DNA from: Camelus dromedarius
Lineage: Eukaryota
Assembly: GCF_036321535.1 (NCBI RefSeq)
Contig: NC_087443.1
Coordinates: forward strand, 76,756,001-76,820,000
Reading direction: 5' to 3'
Length of the DNA: 64,000 nt
The notes under the pieces are model-generated. The model searched no databases and was not told the DNA's origin. It worked only from the letters and a program-made list of their open reading frames with translations. The position numbers and the translations under genes are program-made. Positions 61,683 through 64,000 of this stretch are shown one piece after another. The stretch's first letter is position 1. Every line of letters begins with the position of its first letter.

Positions 61683-64000
61683 GTGAGTGCCCCACGCGAG
61701 GCCGGCTTCATCTGCCTGCCTGCCTCCGTGGATTCCTGGGATGGCCAGGTTTTCATTTTCTTTTCTTCTCCAAAATAAAACGGGCTATACTTTCCAAATG
61801 GAAGAGCAGTATGTGGGCAGCCGATGATGTTTATATAACTGTCCCCCAAGGATGGGCCTGGATGACTTTTTGTAGCAGAAAGTGGTAGATAAAGCAGCTT
61901 TTGATACAAGGTCTGAGTTTCTAAACAGATTTGAATCAAGCCTAGTGCGGAGATAACAGATTGAAGGCTCTGGCCGTGGAGCCCGCTGCCTGCAGAGAGC
62001 TGGGCTGAACTTGGCCGAGCTCCTCTCTGCAACGCGGCTGATGCTCCACTGTATGCAGAGGTTACAGCTCCTGGGCGCCCAGCCCCTCTGGTCACCGTCC
62101 CCCTCCTTTTCCTTCACCGTCTCCATTCAGTGAGAGACAGAGAACCTGAAGACAGCAGGTCCGTGGTCAGGGATGAGTCAGGGACACTTTGGAGCCAAAC
62201 CTCCGTCTCTGGAGGAGCTACGTTTTCCTCACCTGATCAGAAGTCAGGCTGGCGTCAGGCAGATCACACTGATGGGCGCCTGTTGGGGTAGGATGCTTGC
62301 AGCGTGTGCAAGTGCCCTGCGGTGTCCAGGTCTGGCCTGCTCAGCCTTGAGAGTGTTTCAGACGTCAGAGTGTTGTCTTGCCTTATTCTAGATGGTTTTG
62401 ATTGTGCTCACTCAGAAAAACTACAATTTTGTGGATGCTGGAGAGGCTTAGTTAAAACATGGTTACCCGGGGGTATTTGGATGTAGGGAGTGCGGATGGA
62501 TTATATCAGTCTCGAGAGACACAGGGCGCCTTCGGGTTTGGGGCGGGTAGATGGACGCAGGTGAGTGAGGAAGTCTCAGTGCACCTGGGGTCCGGGGCTA
62601 GAAAGTTCCCCCCAGCCCTCTTCTGGACCTCCTAGGGTGTCAGAAGCCACCTTGAAGCCACCTCAAATATGGACCTCCTTTCTTCCTCACACGAGAGTTT
62701 CCTGGGGTTCCTCTGCTATGTCTGGCCTGAGAGAGTGAGGGAAACCCCAGTCAAAACCTTGTAAACACTCTCTCCCAGAGGCCAGCCTGGAGCCCCGAGG
62801 TCCCCAACTGCCCTTCCCCCAAAGTTGCTGAGCAGTGGGACGGGGTGTCCTTTGGTTGATGCTCTGCCACATGGTGCTGCCCAGCCCCTGGTGCCATCTC
62901 ATCAGGAGCCAGCACAGCTCAGTGAGCACCTTGGACACACGAGTACCAGAGTGGTGTCTCCTTACTGAGAACACAGTGGTGTGGCTCAGAGTGAGGTGGA
63001 AGGCGAGAGCTATAAAGTGTTCTGCACTTGGCTGCTGCTTCTGGTGTCTTAGGGGGAAAAACAAGTCTGTTCCGATTCAGTGTAGCCTCAGTTGGGGTCT
63101 TCGGCCAGTCTAAGCCGTGCCCCTGTAAACTGAGAAGGCACTGACCTTGCCCCAGGCCCCCAGTGTGTTCCTGGGCCATTGGGTCTCTGAGGAAGGGCCA
63201 TCCACACACACAGTCGAGAAGCTCACAAACGGGCTGGCGGGCGTGCGGGTGGCTGTGTCCCACCTCACACCACTGGGATTGGCGCTTTTCTGAGTCCCCC
63301 ATCCCCCTGTCTCCCGGAGAGATAAATCCCATCGATAGTTGGCAGAATCCTTCCGGACTGCCTCTCTGTGAAGATAACATATGGCTAATGTGTTGAGGTT
63401 TTTTCTTTTTACAAAAGCGGGAGTATATTATGTTACAATCTGACATTTTCTTGAACGATGTTTTGTGGCATCTTCCCATGGCTGTCCTTCCTAATTTTAA
63501 ATTCCTAAGGCGATACTTCAGGTAAGTGCTGTTTCGTGTGTGGCCACCAGTTTGCCCTTGGCAAAAGAGAGGTGATGATGGTGCTGTTGGTGACGTCACC
63601 TTGCGACCAGGTACAGCCTCACCTGTACCTCAGCCACCTGAGTGGAGAGGCAGGGGCTTAGCAAGTCTTTTCTTGAAGGTACTTAAGAAGTCAGACCCTT
63701 TGATCTGTTTGTTATGAGGATGTACCTCTGCCTTTGTTAGCAAGCAGGGCGGAGAGAGAAGAGCCTCACTACAGGTAAGGTGGTGAGTGAGCCGGGAGCA
63801 GGAGGCCGGGTTCTGTGCTCACCGAGGCAGGGGGAGGACCTCTTTGCCGCCGGCTGCTGTCCAGAGCCCTGCTGTCTGATGCGGTGGCCACGAGCTTCCG
63901 GGGGCTGAGGAGCACTTATGATGTGGCTGGTCCGACTCGAGATGTGTTAAAAGTGCAAACACACACCACATTTCAAAGAATGTGAAAAAGCTCACTCCTA

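Noticed and set aside
62919-63599. 226-aa minus-strand ORF and other 150-200-aa ORFs in LHPP introns
   Set aside because: Near-cognate starts, no protein family resemblance; expected by chance in GC-rich DNA.

Overview
Mammalian genomic DNA, most likely a camelid, judged from tRNA-Ala-derived SINEs of the camelid type and no Alu, Bov-tA, PRE-1 or Can-SINE that I could recognise. It is a draft assembly with four N gaps. The window holds two head-to-head genes whose ATGs are about 12.3 kb apart. NKX1-2 is complete on the minus strand: two coding exons (7294-7081 and 5420-4696), 312 aa, with an eh1 motif and an NK1 homeodomain. LHPP is partial on the plus strand: coding exons 1-6 (19582-61682, 238 codons plus 2 nt) with all HAD motifs, and the last exon lies beyond the window. 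The rest is mostly L1, L2, MIR, MLT/MER21 LTR, MER5A/MER20/MER33/Tigger and SINE debris, plus several repeat-free, motif-dense blocks. I found no evidence of a new gene or a new multi-gene system, and the remaining long ORFs look like GC- or repeat-driven noise. The best leads are regulatory. (1) A perfect 19-bp duplication of the LHPP exon 2 branch point creates an in-frame alternative acceptor (+9 aa). (2) Several blocks inside LHPP introns carry SOX, T-box, HOX-PBX-MEIS, RARE-like and homeodomain motifs and may be NKX1-2 enhancers hosted by a bystander gene. (3) An old duplicated module with TCF/LEF sites lies 3' of NKX1-2. (4) LHPP intron 6 has an immediate stop plus a nearby AATAAA, which could give a truncated isoform. 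All motif-based and repeat-family calls were made by eye and need alignment or expression data.
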